DNA of 64,000 nt from Patescibacteria group bacterium (GCA_013815345.1 JACDGK010000002.1:35399-99398); one strand, 5' to 3'. Shown: positions 28,585-38,962, counted from the stretch's first letter. Numbers and translations are program-made. Notes: generated by a model not told the origin, from the letters alone.

Positions 28585-29748
28585 TTATGCAGCCTCTGGC
28601 TTCTTTTTATCCGTCTCATGGGAAAGACTGATCGCAATGAGTTCTTCCGCAATAATGCGTGCCGCGTCGAGATTTGCGAACGAGCTTCCCTTTTCACCCA
28701 TGTTCTTTGCCAATGCAGGGTCACTGGTGATTCGACGTATTTCTGACACCAGTAAATGCGGCGTCATATTTTCCTCTTCCAAGACAACAGCTGCGCCGGT
28801 GTGGGCATAGGAATACGCGTTTGTGCGCTGGTCGTGACTTATTGATTCGGGTATCGGAATGAGAATAGCTGGCTTTTTCCAAAATGAAATCTCATTGATC
28901 GAACTGCTGCCAGCGCGTGAGACGATAAGATCGGCAGCGCCGGCAGCTTCTCGAAGCGAATCAGCAGCGAGATACGGAAAAACATGGTAACGGGTTTTGT
29001 TTGGATCATTCTGCAAGATCACGGCCGATTCCGTTTCGGTCTCTCTGAAATTGTCTTTACCGGTCTGGTGAATTACATTTACGGATGAAACCAAACTGAT
29101 CAATCCCTCGAGCACGATTCGATTGATACGCATGCTGCCTAGCGAACCGCCAATGATAAGTACGGTGGGAACAGTAGGATCAAGGCCGAGTAGTTGTTTA
29201 GCACCTTCTGCTTCCGGCAGCGAAAGACCTTTACGGATCGGTGTTCCGGTAAGCGCAATCTTTCCGCGCACTTTTTCAGGAAGATAGGTTGCGACACTCT
29301 CGAATGCGACCGCAATGCGATACGCGTATTTAGACGCAAGAATATTTGCACGCCCAGGCTTTGCATCAGATTCATGAATAACAATAGGAATACCAAGAAA
29401 ATGTGCCGCAAGCACCGTTGGAACACTTGCGTAACCTCCTTTAGAAAACACGACATCAGGATACAGTCTAAAAAGTTTGAGCAAACACCAGAATGTACCC
29501 CAGAGCGTGACGAATATATCGGTTATATTTCGCGCTGAAGCGTAGCGCCGCATCTTGCCCGCTGGGCTTCGGAGGTACTCGATATTATTTGCGAAAAGAG
29601 CCTGCTCATCAAAGGCCTGTGGGCCCATGTAGTAGAGACGCGGCTCTACAAGGTCACGTTCTCGCGCGATGCGGTGCACTTCTTCCGCGACCGCAATAAG
29701 TGGATAAAAATGTCCTCCTGAACCTGCACCGGTAAATACTATCTTCAT
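28585..29748 (-). CDS. murG: undecaprenyldiphospho-muramoylpentapeptide beta-N-acetylglucosaminyltransferase MurG
   Basis: N-terminal FTGAGSGGHFYP, C-terminal GGSLGS and glycosyltransferase-28 region. Confidence 0.9.
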   Translation of the reverse strand: MKIVFTGAGSGGHFYPLIAVAEEVHRIARERDLVEPRLYYMGPQAFDEQALFANNIEYLRSPAGKMRRYASARNITDIFVTLWGTFWCLLKLFRLYPDVVFSKGGYASVPTVLAAHFLGIPIVIHESDAKPGRANILASKYAYRIAVAFESVATYLPEKVRGKIALTGTPIRKGLSLPEAEGAKQLLGLDPTVPTVLIIGGSLGSMRINRIVLEGLISLVSSVNVIHQTGKDNFRETETESAVILQNDPNKTRYHVFPYLAADSLREAAGAADLIVSRAGSSSINEISFWKKPAILIPIPESISHDQRTNAYSYAHTGAAVVLEEENMTPHLLVSEIRRITSDPALAKNMGEKGSSFANLDAARIIAEELIAISLSHETDKKKPEAA

Positions 29749-30860
29749 ATTTTAGTCTTGCGTCTCGTTCGATGCGCAGCAATATTTAAAATAATTCCCA
29801 CTGACGCCAGAGCGGCAAGAAGCGCTGTTCCTCCCTGGCTGATAAATGGAAGCGGTAGACCCGTGAGTGGAAGTACGCCAAGCATCGCGCCAATGTTCAG
29901 AAACGCCGAAAACGTGATAAGCAGTGTGAGACCGGTGACGGTCAGTGCTCCGAACGTTGTCGCTGCTTCTCCGGCGATCATAAGTCCCCGCGCTGCAAAC
30001 GCTATAAACACCAGAACGAGGAGTGTTGTACCGAGAAATCCGAATTCTTCTCCGTATACGGCAAAGATTGAATCGCCGTTTGGTTCGGGCAGATAGTTGA
30101 ATTTCTGCACACTTTGTCCGAATCCTCTGCCCACTAACCGGCCTGATCCAATAGCAATAAGCGATTGCTGAATCTGATAGCCGCTACTTAAAGAGGCGCC
30201 GGCGGGATCAATATACGTCTTAATGCGACCTAAAAGATAGGGGCGCATAAGTACTAGAAGAACTAATCCGATAGCCGCGGTCGCAAAGATAATGCCGAAA
30301 TCTCGCCACGGTGCGCCGGCAAGAAAATACAGCGCAACACAGGTGGCACCCATCACCAGTGTTGTCGAGGTGTTCGGCTGCGCAATAAGAATAATTGCAG
30401 GGATACCGACGATAACCCCGAAAGGAATAAGCCCACGCCGGATGTCTTTGATCTTGTTCTTCACTTGTGCAAGGTACGCGGAAAGCATCAGGATGACAGC
30501 TATTTTGAGAAATTCCGCAGGCTGTACCGTCACCGGTCCGAGCTGAATCCACCTGGTAGCGCCGTTGGCGTGATAACCCAAATGCGGAATGAATACTACG
30601 AGAGTAAGAATGATAGCGCTAATATAAAATGGAAAGACGGCCTTCGTGATCCATTGTGGAGGAGCAAAACGTAAGAATGTAAGCGCAATAACTCCCGGAA
30701 TAAGTCCAAGAATGATCTGACTGATAGCGATATGCCACAGCGTTTGGCCTGCGCGCGCAAGAAGTCCTAGAGAGGCAGAAGCGAACACCGCAAGTCCTCC
30801 TACGATAAGAATCGTGACGATGATAGCAAGTACTCGATCTCCAGAAAAGCGGGCAAACAT
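29745..30860 (-). CDS. ftsW: SEDS-family peptidoglycan glycosyltransferase FtsW/RodA
   Basis: 10-TM SEDS protein; conserved ...PEPNGDSIFAVYGEEFGF... region. Confidence 0.85.
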   Translation of the reverse strand: MFARFSGDRVLAIIVTILIVGGLAVFASASLGLLARAGQTLWHIAISQIILGLIPGVIALTFLRFAPPQWITKAVFPFYISAIILTLVVFIPHLGYHANGATRWIQLGPVTVQPAEFLKIAVILMLSAYLAQVKNKIKDIRRGLIPFGVIVGIPAIILIAQPNTSTTLVMGATCVALYFLAGAPWRDFGIIFATAAIGLVLLVLMRPYLLGRIKTYIDPAGASLSSGYQIQQSLIAIGSGRLVGRGFGQSVQKFNYLPEPNGDSIFAVYGEEFGFLGTTLLVLVFIAFAARGLMIAGEAATTFGALTVTGLTLLITFSAFLNIGAMLGVLPLTGLPLPFISQGGTALLAALASVGIILNIAAHRTRRKTKI

Positions 30861-30890
30861 AGTAGTTCTATTTTACACTGCCACGCGACT

Positions 30891-31955
30891 TTATTTCAAA
30901 AGAGCCACTGCTAACCCGAAGATTCCAGCCATAATCGAAACAATCCAGTACCGCATGGTGACCTTATAGGCAGGCCACCCAATCATCTCAAAATGGTGGT
31001 GAATGGGTGCGATACGAAAAAGCTTCTTTTTAAATACTTTCTTCCAGAAGACTTGGAGCATATTGGTAACCACCGTGAGAGTAAGTGGCAGAGCTATGAT
31101 AGGCAACACCGTAACCCCGATCCCCCCCCCAAGTGTATCGGCAGAAAAAGCAGTAATAGCTAAGGCTATCGTCAAGGCCATTGTTCCTGTTTCAGACAGG
31201 TAAAAACGTGCGGGAGGAATATTGAACCAAAGAAAGGCGAATACCCCTCCTGACACAGTTGCTGCAAAACCCGCAAGCGCGATCTGGTTTTGAGAAAAAG
31301 CTATTGCTGCATAAATAATGAAAATGATGGCGAATACTCCACCTGCGAGCCCGTCGATGCCATCGATGACTCCGCTTGCGTACAACGCAAGCGTAACAAC
31401 TATAAAAAATAAAATGAAAAACGGACCGAGGTGAAGTATGCCCCCGAATGGAATGCCGATTGTGGAGACGCCGAGCTTCGCGTAAAACCACCACCCTGCA
31501 AACGCTGCAAATATCGCAACGATAAAAAGTCGCCAGCGCAGGCGCATGCCGCCGTTGCTTCTCGTCACTTCCAGAAAGTCATCGACTAATCCCGTAAGAC
31601 CTCCAACCAGAAGAGCGGTCAACGGAAGCCATGTTTGGCCGCGATTGATAAAATTAAGAAGTTCGAATGGCCCATCGAAAAGGAAGCCAAGCAGAGCGAG
31701 GCCGAAGGTTGTTATGGCCACACTGCTCCACACCAAGATCCCGCCCATGCGCGGCGTCGAGACCTCACGTTCCTTATGAAGTGCATCAAAAAGAGGCGTA
31801 CCGTGAGTGTCCCCAAGACCTTTCCCTTTTCCGCTTTTCTTTTTCCACGCTTTATATTTGTAAAGATAATACGAAAGGAGTGGTGCGAGCAGAAGCCCTA
31901 CGGAAAAAGAAATGATGAACGGCGTCAGTACACGTGCGGCATCGAGGACATGCAT
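30891..31955 (-). CDS. mraY: phospho-N-acetylmuramoyl-pentapeptide transferase MraY
   Basis: TPRMGGILVW, DDFLEVT, HHHFEM-like motifs; start set at Met 31955 to abut upstream gene. Confidence 0.9.
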   Translation of the reverse strand: MHVLDAARVLTPFIISFSVGLLLAPLLSYYLYKYKAWKKKSGKGKGLGDTHGTPLFDALHKEREVSTPRMGGILVWSSVAITTFGLALLGFLFDGPFELLNFINRGQTWLPLTALLVGGLTGLVDDFLEVTRSNGGMRLRWRLFIVAIFAAFAGWWFYAKLGVSTIGIPFGGILHLGPFFILFFIVVTLALYASGVIDGIDGLAGGVFAIIFIIYAAIAFSQNQIALAGFAATVSGGVFAFLWFNIPPARFYLSETGTMALTIALAITAFSADTLGGGIGVTVLPIIALPLTLTVVTNMLQVFWKKVFKKKLFRIAPIHHHFEMIGWPAYKVTMRYWIVSIMAGIFGLAVALLK

Positions 31956-31959
31956 ATCA

Positions 31960-32958
31960 TTATGACGGTACGGTTCCCCCGAAGTGCGCAAGGGTGGCCT
32001 TCATCAATTGTCCCACGTCGGTAAAACGTCCCGTTTCGGTCGATCCCAACACGACGATAGCGACCGGGTGCCCTATTCCCGCGTCATACACCACTACTAA
32101 ATTCCCGCCGGCAAGATCGGTGTACCCGGTTTTTGAAAGCAAAAGATTAGGGAGATGCGTAACGTCAATATTAGTGTTTGCAAAGGAGTGCCGTATGCCT
32201 TCAAGGGATCGAATAGATACTGAAGGCTGCGTCGTCGCTTGGGCGATCTGTGGAGCTTTTTTAATAAGTGCACCCGCCAATACCGCAACGTCATGCGCTG
32301 ATCCATATCCTCCTGAGACTTCAGTATCTTTGTCCAAACCCGTGCTGTTATTTGCGTGGGTTTGGGTTAATCCAGCAGCAGCAGCAGCGCTAGCTAGCAG
32401 AGAGCTCGTATCCTTATTTTTTTGGATACCGGCTGCTTCGACGATTGCTTCAGCGCCGTCGTTTGATGACGCTGCGAGGGTGAGACGCGCAAGGTCTTCG
32501 AAATTAAATGTTTCTCCGGCGGTAAATCCATTATCCGCCGCGTCTCCATTTTGCGCGAGCGCCAGCGGTGTCATCACGACAGGGCTAGAAGGTTGCAGCA
32601 CGTTCGATGCCGCGTATAAGGTGAGAAGCTTGGTGATGGAAGCGAGTGGCAGTGGTGTGGTGGCATTTTGTGCGTATAACGTCTTACCAGTAGTGAGATC
32701 GTATACTACGGCAGCCTTACCGATGAGTGAGAGATTCACATAGGCGTTTTTTGTAGAAAAAGGTGTCGAGGAAGCATCTCCAATATTCGGGGGTCGTATT
32801 ATTTGCGCGGAAACAGTATCCGTAAATGAATTGAGTATAAAAAAAGTTCCAATACCAAGAATACCAATAATCGCTACCACTATAATCCCGAGTCGCCAGT
32901 AGAATCGGGATTGTTCTTTCTGTATGCGTCGTGCGAGATTAGGAGTCTTCATTTTCAC
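31960..32958 (-). CDS. serine-type D-Ala-D-Ala carboxypeptidase (S11, DacA-like)
   Basis: SITKLLT (SxxK), SSND (SxN), KTGYT (KTG) motifs; N-terminal TM anchor. Confidence 0.8.
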   Translation of the reverse strand: MKMKTPNLARRIQKEQSRFYWRLGIIVVAIIGILGIGTFFILNSFTDTVSAQIIRPPNIGDASSTPFSTKNAYVNLSLIGKAAVVYDLTTGKTLYAQNATTPLPLASITKLLTLYAASNVLQPSSPVVMTPLALAQNGDAADNGFTAGETFNFEDLARLTLAASSNDGAEAIVEAAGIQKNKDTSSLLASAAAAAGLTQTHANNSTGLDKDTEVSGGYGSAHDVAVLAGALIKKAPQIAQATTQPSVSIRSLEGIRHSFANTNIDVTHLPNLLLSKTGYTDLAGGNLVVVYDAGIGHPVAIVVLGSTETGRFTDVGQLMKATLAHFGGTVPS

Positions 32959-33517
32959 TTTCCGTGCTCTCGCTGTCTACACTCACGGCAACCTTGCTGG
33001 CAAGCTCTTTGGTAAGTTCCTCATACTGCGGTAATTCATCGGCACTGCGCACCCCCAGGTGCGCGAGTGCTTCGATAGTTGCGGTATAGCGTATGCGTCG
33101 GCGATCCTGCGCGTCTTCGCTGCGCAGTACCAGACCTCGCAGTGAAAGAGAACGAAGCGCCGTTGCGGAATTTACGCCGCGTACCCAATCAATTTCGCTG
33201 CGCGTCGCGCCTTTTTTATATAAAATGATGGAAAGCGTCTCAAGGCCAGCCTTTCCAAGATCGCGGGAAAGTTCACTCTCCCGAAATTTTTGAATGAGTG
33301 GAGAAGCTTCTAGCGCCGTGCGGAGTTCCAGCTCCTCTCCTGCTATCACAAGTGCAAGTCCAGAATCTTCAAGCATGGTATGAAGTCCCGCAATAGCTTG
33401 CTCCAATTCTTCAGTAGAAATGCCCATCAAGACGACAAGCCGTTTTTTAGAAAGCGCCTCCCCTGCAGCAAATAGTAGGGCTTGCAGGGCAGCCAAATGA
33501 GAAAACGTCATGCACAA
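32939..33517 (-). CDS. scpB: segregation and condensation protein B
   Basis: Tandem winged-helix ScpB pattern (LQALLFAAGEALS..., SRSEIDWVRGVNSATALRSL); acidic C-tail. Confidence 0.8.
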   Translation of the reverse strand: MCMTFSHLAALQALLFAAGEALSKKRLVVLMGISTEELEQAIAGLHTMLEDSGLALVIAGEELELRTALEASPLIQKFRESELSRDLGKAGLETLSIILYKKGATRSEIDWVRGVNSATALRSLSLRGLVLRSEDAQDRRRIRYTATIEALAHLGVRSADELPQYEELTKELASKVAVSVDSESTESENEDS

Positions 33518-33575
33518 ATAGTAGCACTTTATCCACTAAAATAAAGCTTTATTGCCCGCTCGTCGGCATTTCGCC

Positions 33576-33692
33576 CTACATTCCACTCTCTAGTTGTGGC
33601 TGATGAGTGATTTCCTCAACGAGTCCCCAAAACGCGACTACGCCGATCAGAATGCCTGCGCCCACCAGCATCCATTCAAGAGTCGCGTTCAT
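33576..33692 (-). CDS. candidate 38-aa single-TM peptide (MNATLEWMLVGAGILIGVVAFWGLVEEITHQPQLESGM)
   Basis: Below the 60-aa ORF track cutoff; found by hand in the 360-bp scpB-scpA gap; speculative. Confidence 0.2.
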   Translation of the reverse strand: MNATLEWMLVGAGILIGVVAFWGLVEEITHQPQLESGM

Positions 33693-33878
33693 AGCGCCAA
33701 AGAGGTTTGCCCCCCAGCGAAAGCAGTATAAGTCCAAGCCCCAGAATACTATTCAAAGCATGTTGCCACATAGGTAGTTAGGAGATAGCTCTAATAAAAT
33801 CGACCTACTTCCACTTTCTAAGGATATACACACTCCTCATGAAGAGCGGGTGAAATTTATGACATTATGATTTTTATT

Positions 33879-34619
33879 TTATCCGTAATGCGGGACGCCA
33901 GCTGAGGCATTGGTGATTTTAATATCGGAAAAGACGCCGGGCTGGGCTGCCTCCACAATGCCTTGCTTTACGAGCTCGAGAAGCGCAAGAAATGAAACGA
34001 TCACCTCTATTTTCTCGGCGTTTGTGCCTGAAAATTCTCTGAATGAGAGCGTGAGCGCGCTCTGCACGCGCGAGCTCAGACGATCCATCATCTCTTCAAT
34101 CGTCACCATGGGACGCACGCGAGCCTCGGGAAGTTTCTCTTCTTTCTCATGGCTAAGAAGCGCTTCGCGTAGTGCTTTTTCTAAGGAATCCAATGAAAGA
34201 TCTCGGCTGGGTGCAAACACCGGTTCTGATTCCCTATCGCCGGCGGATACGAGTACGTGAGAACCAAAAAGGTGCCCCAGTTGTTGGGCTGCGTCTCGAG
34301 TTTTTTCATAGAGACGCAACCGATCTTTGAGCTCTTCGACATCTCCCTCTTCTTCGGTCGATAGGTCGAGATCTGGAATGAGCGACCTGGATTTTATTAA
34401 AAGCAACGTAGCGGCAACACCGATAAAATTCGCCGCCGCTTCCATAGGAAATGCTGCTTGGCTACGCACGTGCTGGATGTAATCATCCGTCACCTGCGAA
34501 AGCGAAAGTTCGTTGACGAGCAACTTTCGTTTCTCGATAAGCTCCAGCACCAGTTCAAAGGGACCTTCGTAGCTCGAGGTCCGTACGGTAAATTCTTTGG
34601 GTGTAATTACGCCTTCCAT
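33879..34619 (-). CDS. scpA: segregation and condensation protein A
   Basis: EGPFELVLELIEKRKLLVNELSLSQVTDDY canonical ScpA N-terminus. Confidence 0.8.
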   Translation of the reverse strand: MEGVITPKEFTVRTSSYEGPFELVLELIEKRKLLVNELSLSQVTDDYIQHVRSQAAFPMEAAANFIGVAATLLLIKSRSLIPDLDLSTEEEGDVEELKDRLRLYEKTRDAAQQLGHLFGSHVLVSAGDRESEPVFAPSRDLSLDSLEKALREALLSHEKEEKLPEARVRPMVTIEEMMDRLSSRVQSALTLSFREFSGTNAEKIEVIVSFLALLELVKQGIVEAAQPGVFSDIKITNASAGVPHYG

Positions 34620-36037
34620 GATTCGATAAAGGAGAGCAAGAGTCGAACCGGTGCACCTGCTGCACCCTTTGCGAGTTCGTCACCGGGCGCCGCGGTCATT
34701 CGCGGCGCGATGTCGAGATGCGCCCACGGGCACTCAAGTTCTTTTGCGAACTGCCAGAGAAACATGCCACCTTCTATTGCCCCACCGTATTTTCCTCCTG
34801 GTTGGATGCTTGAATTAGTAACATCAGCAAATGTTCCCTGCACGAGTGGCTCGTACTCGTCCCACATCGGTAGTCTCCAGAGATAGTCGCCACTCGTCTC
34901 CCCAAGCTCTGAAAGTTGCGCGGCAAGTTTGTCATCCCGCGTGAGGAGCCCAGATGCATACAGACCGAGCGCTCCTATTGCAGCTCCCGTGAGCGTTGCC
35001 ACATCGATCACCACACTCGGCTTAAAACGTTTCGCGTAGGTGATCGCATCAGCAAGAATGAGTCGCCCTTCTGCGTCAGTGTTTAACACCTCGATGGTCT
35101 TTCCCGAAAGTGATTTCAATACATCCCCCGGACGGGTTGCGTCGTTGCCGGGCATGTTTTCCGCAGATGGAATAAGTCCGATGACGTTTTTTTTCATGCC
35201 GAGTTTTGCTGCAAGTGCTACGGCATGAATGACTGCTGCAGCGCCCGACATATCCATATGCATTTCATAGATATGTGCGGATGGCTTCAGATTCAATCCC
35301 CCGCTGTCGAAGGTAATTCCTTTACCGGCCAGCACGATAGGCTTCGAGGTTTCGCCTCCCTTGTACTCCATGATCGTAAAAGTGGACTCCTCTGAGGACC
35401 CATATCCAACCCCCAAAAGCGCCCCCATACCGAGTTTTTCCATCTCAGCCTCGCCGAGAGTACGCACCGTGACCGATTTAATGCCCTTTACAGCGTCTTT
35501 TGCCGCCTGAGCCAGCATTCGTGGGCTCATGTCCCCTCCCGGGGTATTGGCGAGCTCGCGGCAGGCATTCACCTCCTGACCAATAACCTGCCCTCGTTTT
35601 GCCGCGTCCTCCAAGGATTTCATCGACTTCCCACAGATCAGTATTTCCTCTACCATATTCCAACCCCCTTTCGGCTTAGTTTTAAAAGTGTTGAATTCAA
35701 AATTTGCCATCTCAAAGTTTTGCGCCGCAATCGAGGAGAGTTCTTCCGGAGAGATACCCTTCAGACCCTTCAAGATCTGCGGCGTTCGATCAAACTGCAG
35801 TGCGATTTTCTTTATGTTGTTCTGCTTTGCAATCTGCACTATCGAACGACAAAGGAGCACGAATTTTCGTCGGGTGATCTCACCACCCTTTTCGTTTACC
35901 TTCCCAACTCCGATCTCAATGGTGTCCGTCTTTCCTTCACGCACGATCCTTCGCATGCCTTTGTCTTCTTCAACCAACCGTACGTGGGTGTATCCTGCTG
36001 CTGTTTCTTCAACCTGTGTACGTGAAAAAGAGATGTT
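34607..36037 (-). CDS. pepA: leucyl aminopeptidase (M17)
   Basis: NTDAEGRL signature, VGKGITFDSGG, M17 catalytic domain; start trimmed to internal Met. Confidence 0.85.
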   Translation of the reverse strand, partial: NISFSRTQVEETAAGYTHVRLVEEDKGMRRIVREGKTDTIEIGVGKVNEKGGEITRRKFVLLCRSIVQIAKQNNIKKIALQFDRTPQILKGLKGISPEELSSIAAQNFEMANFEFNTFKTKPKGGWNMVEEILICGKSMKSLEDAAKRGQVIGQEVNACRELANTPGGDMSPRMLAQAAKDAVKGIKSVTVRTLGEAEMEKLGMGALLGVGYGSSEESTFTIMEYKGGETSKPIVLAGKGITFDSGGLNLKPSAHIYEMHMDMSGAAAVIHAVALAAKLGMKKNVIGLIPSAENMPGNDATRPGDVLKSLSGKTIEVLNTDAEGRLILADAITYAKRFKPSVVIDVATLTGAAIGALGLYASGLLTRDDKLAAQLSELGETSGDYLWRLPMWDEYEPLVQGTFADVTNSSIQPGGKYGGAIEGGMFLWQFAKELECPWAHLDIAPRMTAAPGDELAKGAAGAPVRLLLSFIESWKA

Positions 36038-36044
36038 CATAGGA

Positions 36045-37448
36045 TTACTTTTCATTTTTCTTATCAATACTAATACCAAGTTCTTTCAGTTGTTTTTCTG
36101 CGAGAGGTTTCGGCGCGTTCATCACGGCGGTCTGTCCGCCGCGAGTCATGGGGAATGCTTGGACTTCTCGGAGGTATGTCTCACCGGTGAGATTCATTAA
36201 GTTACGCTCAACCCCAAGTGCTATACCACCATGCGGCGGTGTTCCATATTTAAACGCCTGCAGCATATGACCAATACTTGCTTCCGTTTCTTCAGAAGAA
36301 TATCCCATCACTTTATAGGTTGCTTCGAGTATCTCCGGACGATGTGCACGTATGCTGCCGCCGCCAGACTCATAGCCGTTACAGATCAAATCATACTGAG
36401 TCGTGAGAATGTCGCCGATATCCTCACCGGTCATTAGCTTTTCAACATGCTCTGGAATAGGCATCGAAAACGGATTGTGTGTGAAGGTCCACTTCTCTTC
36501 CTCGGTTTTCTCAAAGAATGGGAAATCAATGACCCATGCGTACGCTAGAATGCCCTTCTCCTTTTCTTCCTCGGTGCGAAGATCAAACTTGTCGGCACCA
36601 TATTTTTCCATTGATTCTTTGTACGAAATACGCGGGAACGGCTTATCTTTAATTGTAAAGCCCATTGCTTCGACTGTTTCGGTGATCATGTGCTCAACCA
36701 TGGCCATAACGTCATCGCGTTCGACGAATGACATCTCAATATCGATCTGCGTGTGCTCAAACCCGCGATCAGCACGAAGGTCTTCATCGCGTATAGCGCG
36801 AGCTGTTTGGAAGTATCGTTCAAAGCCAGCGGTCATCAGTAGCTGCTTATATTGTTGGGGAGACTGTGGAAGCGCATAAAATTTTCCCGGATTAAGTCTC
36901 GAAGGCACCACGAAGTCACGAGAACCTTCAGGGGTTGATTCGGTGAGAAGCGGCGTCTCTATTTCGGTAAAACTCTTATTAAAAAGAAACTCGCGGCATC
37001 GCTGTACAAACTCACTGCGCATTCGAATATTTTTCTGCATGCGTGCTGAGCGTAAGTCAATGTATCGATATCTTAATCGTGCGTTCTCATCAATGCCGCT
37101 CGTGTCTGATCCAATTTCAAATGGGATGGTATCGGAAGAAGAAAGTACGGTCAGGGCTTTTATTTCAAGCTCAATGTTCCCATTGATTCGATCAGCCTGC
37201 ACATTTTTTTCCGGGCGTTTATTTATTATGCCTTCCATCCGTACGACAAATTCAGATCGCACTTCCTTTGCTATTGCCATGAGCTCTTCGTTGCCCGGAA
37301 GCACAACACCTTGAACGTAGCCGGTACGATCTCGCACGTCAAAAAAGACAAGCTTGCCTTGATCGCGACGCACATCCACCCATCCTGAAATGGAGACGGT
37401 TTTGCCGATATGCTGGCGTAGCTCACCTATAAGGATACGGTCAGTCAT
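36045..37448 (-). CDS. aspS: aspartyl-tRNA synthetase, short (467 aa) form without GAD insertion
   Basis: N-terminal OB anticodon-binding domain, class II motifs (FRDEDLRADR..., GGGSIR..., GIALGVER). Confidence 0.9.
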   Translation of the reverse strand: MTDRILIGELRQHIGKTVSISGWVDVRRDQGKLVFFDVRDRTGYVQGVVLPGNEELMAIAKEVRSEFVVRMEGIINKRPEKNVQADRINGNIELEIKALTVLSSSDTIPFEIGSDTSGIDENARLRYRYIDLRSARMQKNIRMRSEFVQRCREFLFNKSFTEIETPLLTESTPEGSRDFVVPSRLNPGKFYALPQSPQQYKQLLMTAGFERYFQTARAIRDEDLRADRGFEHTQIDIEMSFVERDDVMAMVEHMITETVEAMGFTIKDKPFPRISYKESMEKYGADKFDLRTEEEKEKGILAYAWVIDFPFFEKTEEEKWTFTHNPFSMPIPEHVEKLMTGEDIGDILTTQYDLICNGYESGGGSIRAHRPEILEATYKVMGYSSEETEASIGHMLQAFKYGTPPHGGIALGVERNLMNLTGETYLREVQAFPMTRGGQTAVMNAPKPLAEKQLKELGISIDKKNEK

Positions 37449-37509
37449 AGTCTTAAAATACCACGAGGAATTGGACTTGTAATGGCTATGTCGGAGTCGA
37501 TTCTATTTC

Positions 37510-38469
37510 CTATGCAACCCCTACTGCCCGTCTGACTCGTTCCATTTTTTTCTCACTCACTTCACGCGCTTTTTGTTTACCGTCTTCGAGTGCTCGCACT
37601 ACTGCACCTGGATCATTTTTAAGTGCCTCATATTTTTCTCGTAGCGGGGCGATGAATGTATCCAAGTCTTCAATAAGTGCTTCTTTTAGAGCCTTATATT
37701 TTCCTCGATGTTCTTCATAGAACGACGCTAGTTCCGACTCGCTCTTTAGAAGCTTATGGATCGCGTATACGTTTTGAGGTCGCTCTCCGGACGAATCAGT
37801 GACGATACCCATCACCTTTTCTGTGATGACGTCGCGGGAAGCGAAAAGAGGAATAGTGTTGCCATAGCTCTTGCTCATTTTTTGACCATCCGTGCCAGGT
37901 ACAATAGCAACCTCGGGCATGATGTGCGGTTCAGGAAGCATAAAAGTCTCTCCAAAAGTACGATTAAATTTTTCAGCAGTATCGCGAGCGTATTCAATGT
38001 GTTGCTTTTGATCCTGACCAACCGGCACAATAGTTGTGTCATATAAAAGGATGTCTGCAGCCATCAGCATTGGATAGTTAAACGTTCCCACGCTTACCTC
38101 TTGGTTCTTAGTCTCTCCGTCTTTGAACGCATGTGCTCTGCTGAGATACGGCATGGTGGTGATCGTGTCGAATATCCACGTAAGCTCCGTGTGCGCCGGA
38201 ACGTCTGATTGTTTGAAAAGAACTACTTGAGTAGGGTCGAGTCCCACGGCGATATAGGCCATCGTAAGTTCTTGAGTAAGACGATGCATCTCGGCAGCGT
38301 CTTGAATGAAATTCAATGCATGGTAATCCGCAACCATGATATAGCACTGATAGTTTCCAGATTTAAACAAGTCAACCTGTTGACGCATCGCGCCAAAATA
38401 GTTTCCGATGTGAAGTTCACCCGTTGGCTTAATGCCAGAAAGAAGTACTGGCTTCACGGTGCTCATGCA
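37510..38469 (-). CDS. trpS: tryptophanyl-tRNA synthetase
   Basis: GELHIGNY (HIGH), KMSKS present verbatim, 320 aa. Confidence 0.9.
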   Translation of the reverse strand, partial: CMSTVKPVLLSGIKPTGELHIGNYFGAMRQQVDLFKSGNYQCYIMVADYHALNFIQDAAEMHRLTQELTMAYIAVGLDPTQVVLFKQSDVPAHTELTWIFDTITTMPYLSRAHAFKDGETKNQEVSVGTFNYPMLMAADILLYDTTIVPVGQDQKQHIEYARDTAEKFNRTFGETFMLPEPHIMPEVAIVPGTDGQKMSKSYGNTIPLFASRDVITEKVMGIVTDSSGERPQNVYAIHKLLKSESELASFYEEHRGKYKALKEALIEDLDTFIAPLREKYEALKNDPGAVVRALEDGKQKAREVSEKKMERVRRAVGVA

Positions 38470-38649
38470 GTGTAGTCGGATATTCTTTCCATATCTTAAG
38501 AATATCATGCGTTTTGAGGCTTGTGCAGCTGTCTATTCTGCTCCTAATTTGGCAGCATCACTATGTCGCGTTTAACTTCGAAGTGTAAACGGCATGGATC
38601 ATGGGGAACTCTTGAAGCTCCTAGACAATGCGCTCACGAAGCCAATACA

Positions 38650-38677
38650 TTGACAAATAGTCGTTGTCTTGTAATAT
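38650..38677 (+). promoter_or_regulatory. sigma70-like promoter (TTGACA-16-TAATAT)
   Basis: ttgaca at 38650-38655, 16-nt spacer, taatat at 38672-38677; no protein gene downstream on this strand. Confidence 0.35.
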
Positions 38678-38684
38678 GATGAAG

Positions 38685-38849
38685 TACCGTCCCTCATGGC
38701 TATACAATAGCGAAACTGGGACGCAGCACTATAACAAGGACAAGTGGGATGTTCATTCCAGAAGACGACGATTCTCAATTCTGAGAGGATAAGTGCCCAA
38801 TACAAAGCACCAACTGCGGTCGAGTTAATGCACTCGCCGCAGTTTTTAT
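38685..38849 (+). ncRNA. candidate small RNA (about 165 nt) bounded by promoter and intrinsic terminator
   Basis: Near-consensus promoter upstream, terminator hairpin ctgcggtcgag/ctcgccgcag + TTTTTAT at 38814-38849; no ORF above 11 codons within. Confidence 0.3.
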
Positions 38850-38962
38850 ATCTCAGTAAGCTCCATAAATCAGGATGTTCAAACCTAGTTACGCACTAAA
38901 AAAAGCTAGCAATAACAACGGCTTTTCGTTCTTACGTTTTAAAAACTATCGAAAAATGCACA

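Noticed and set aside
38509-38700. T-box leader upstream of trpS (minus strand)
   Set aside because: No T-box consensus (AATTAGGGTGGNACCGCG) or specifier/antiterminator arrangement in the reverse complement.
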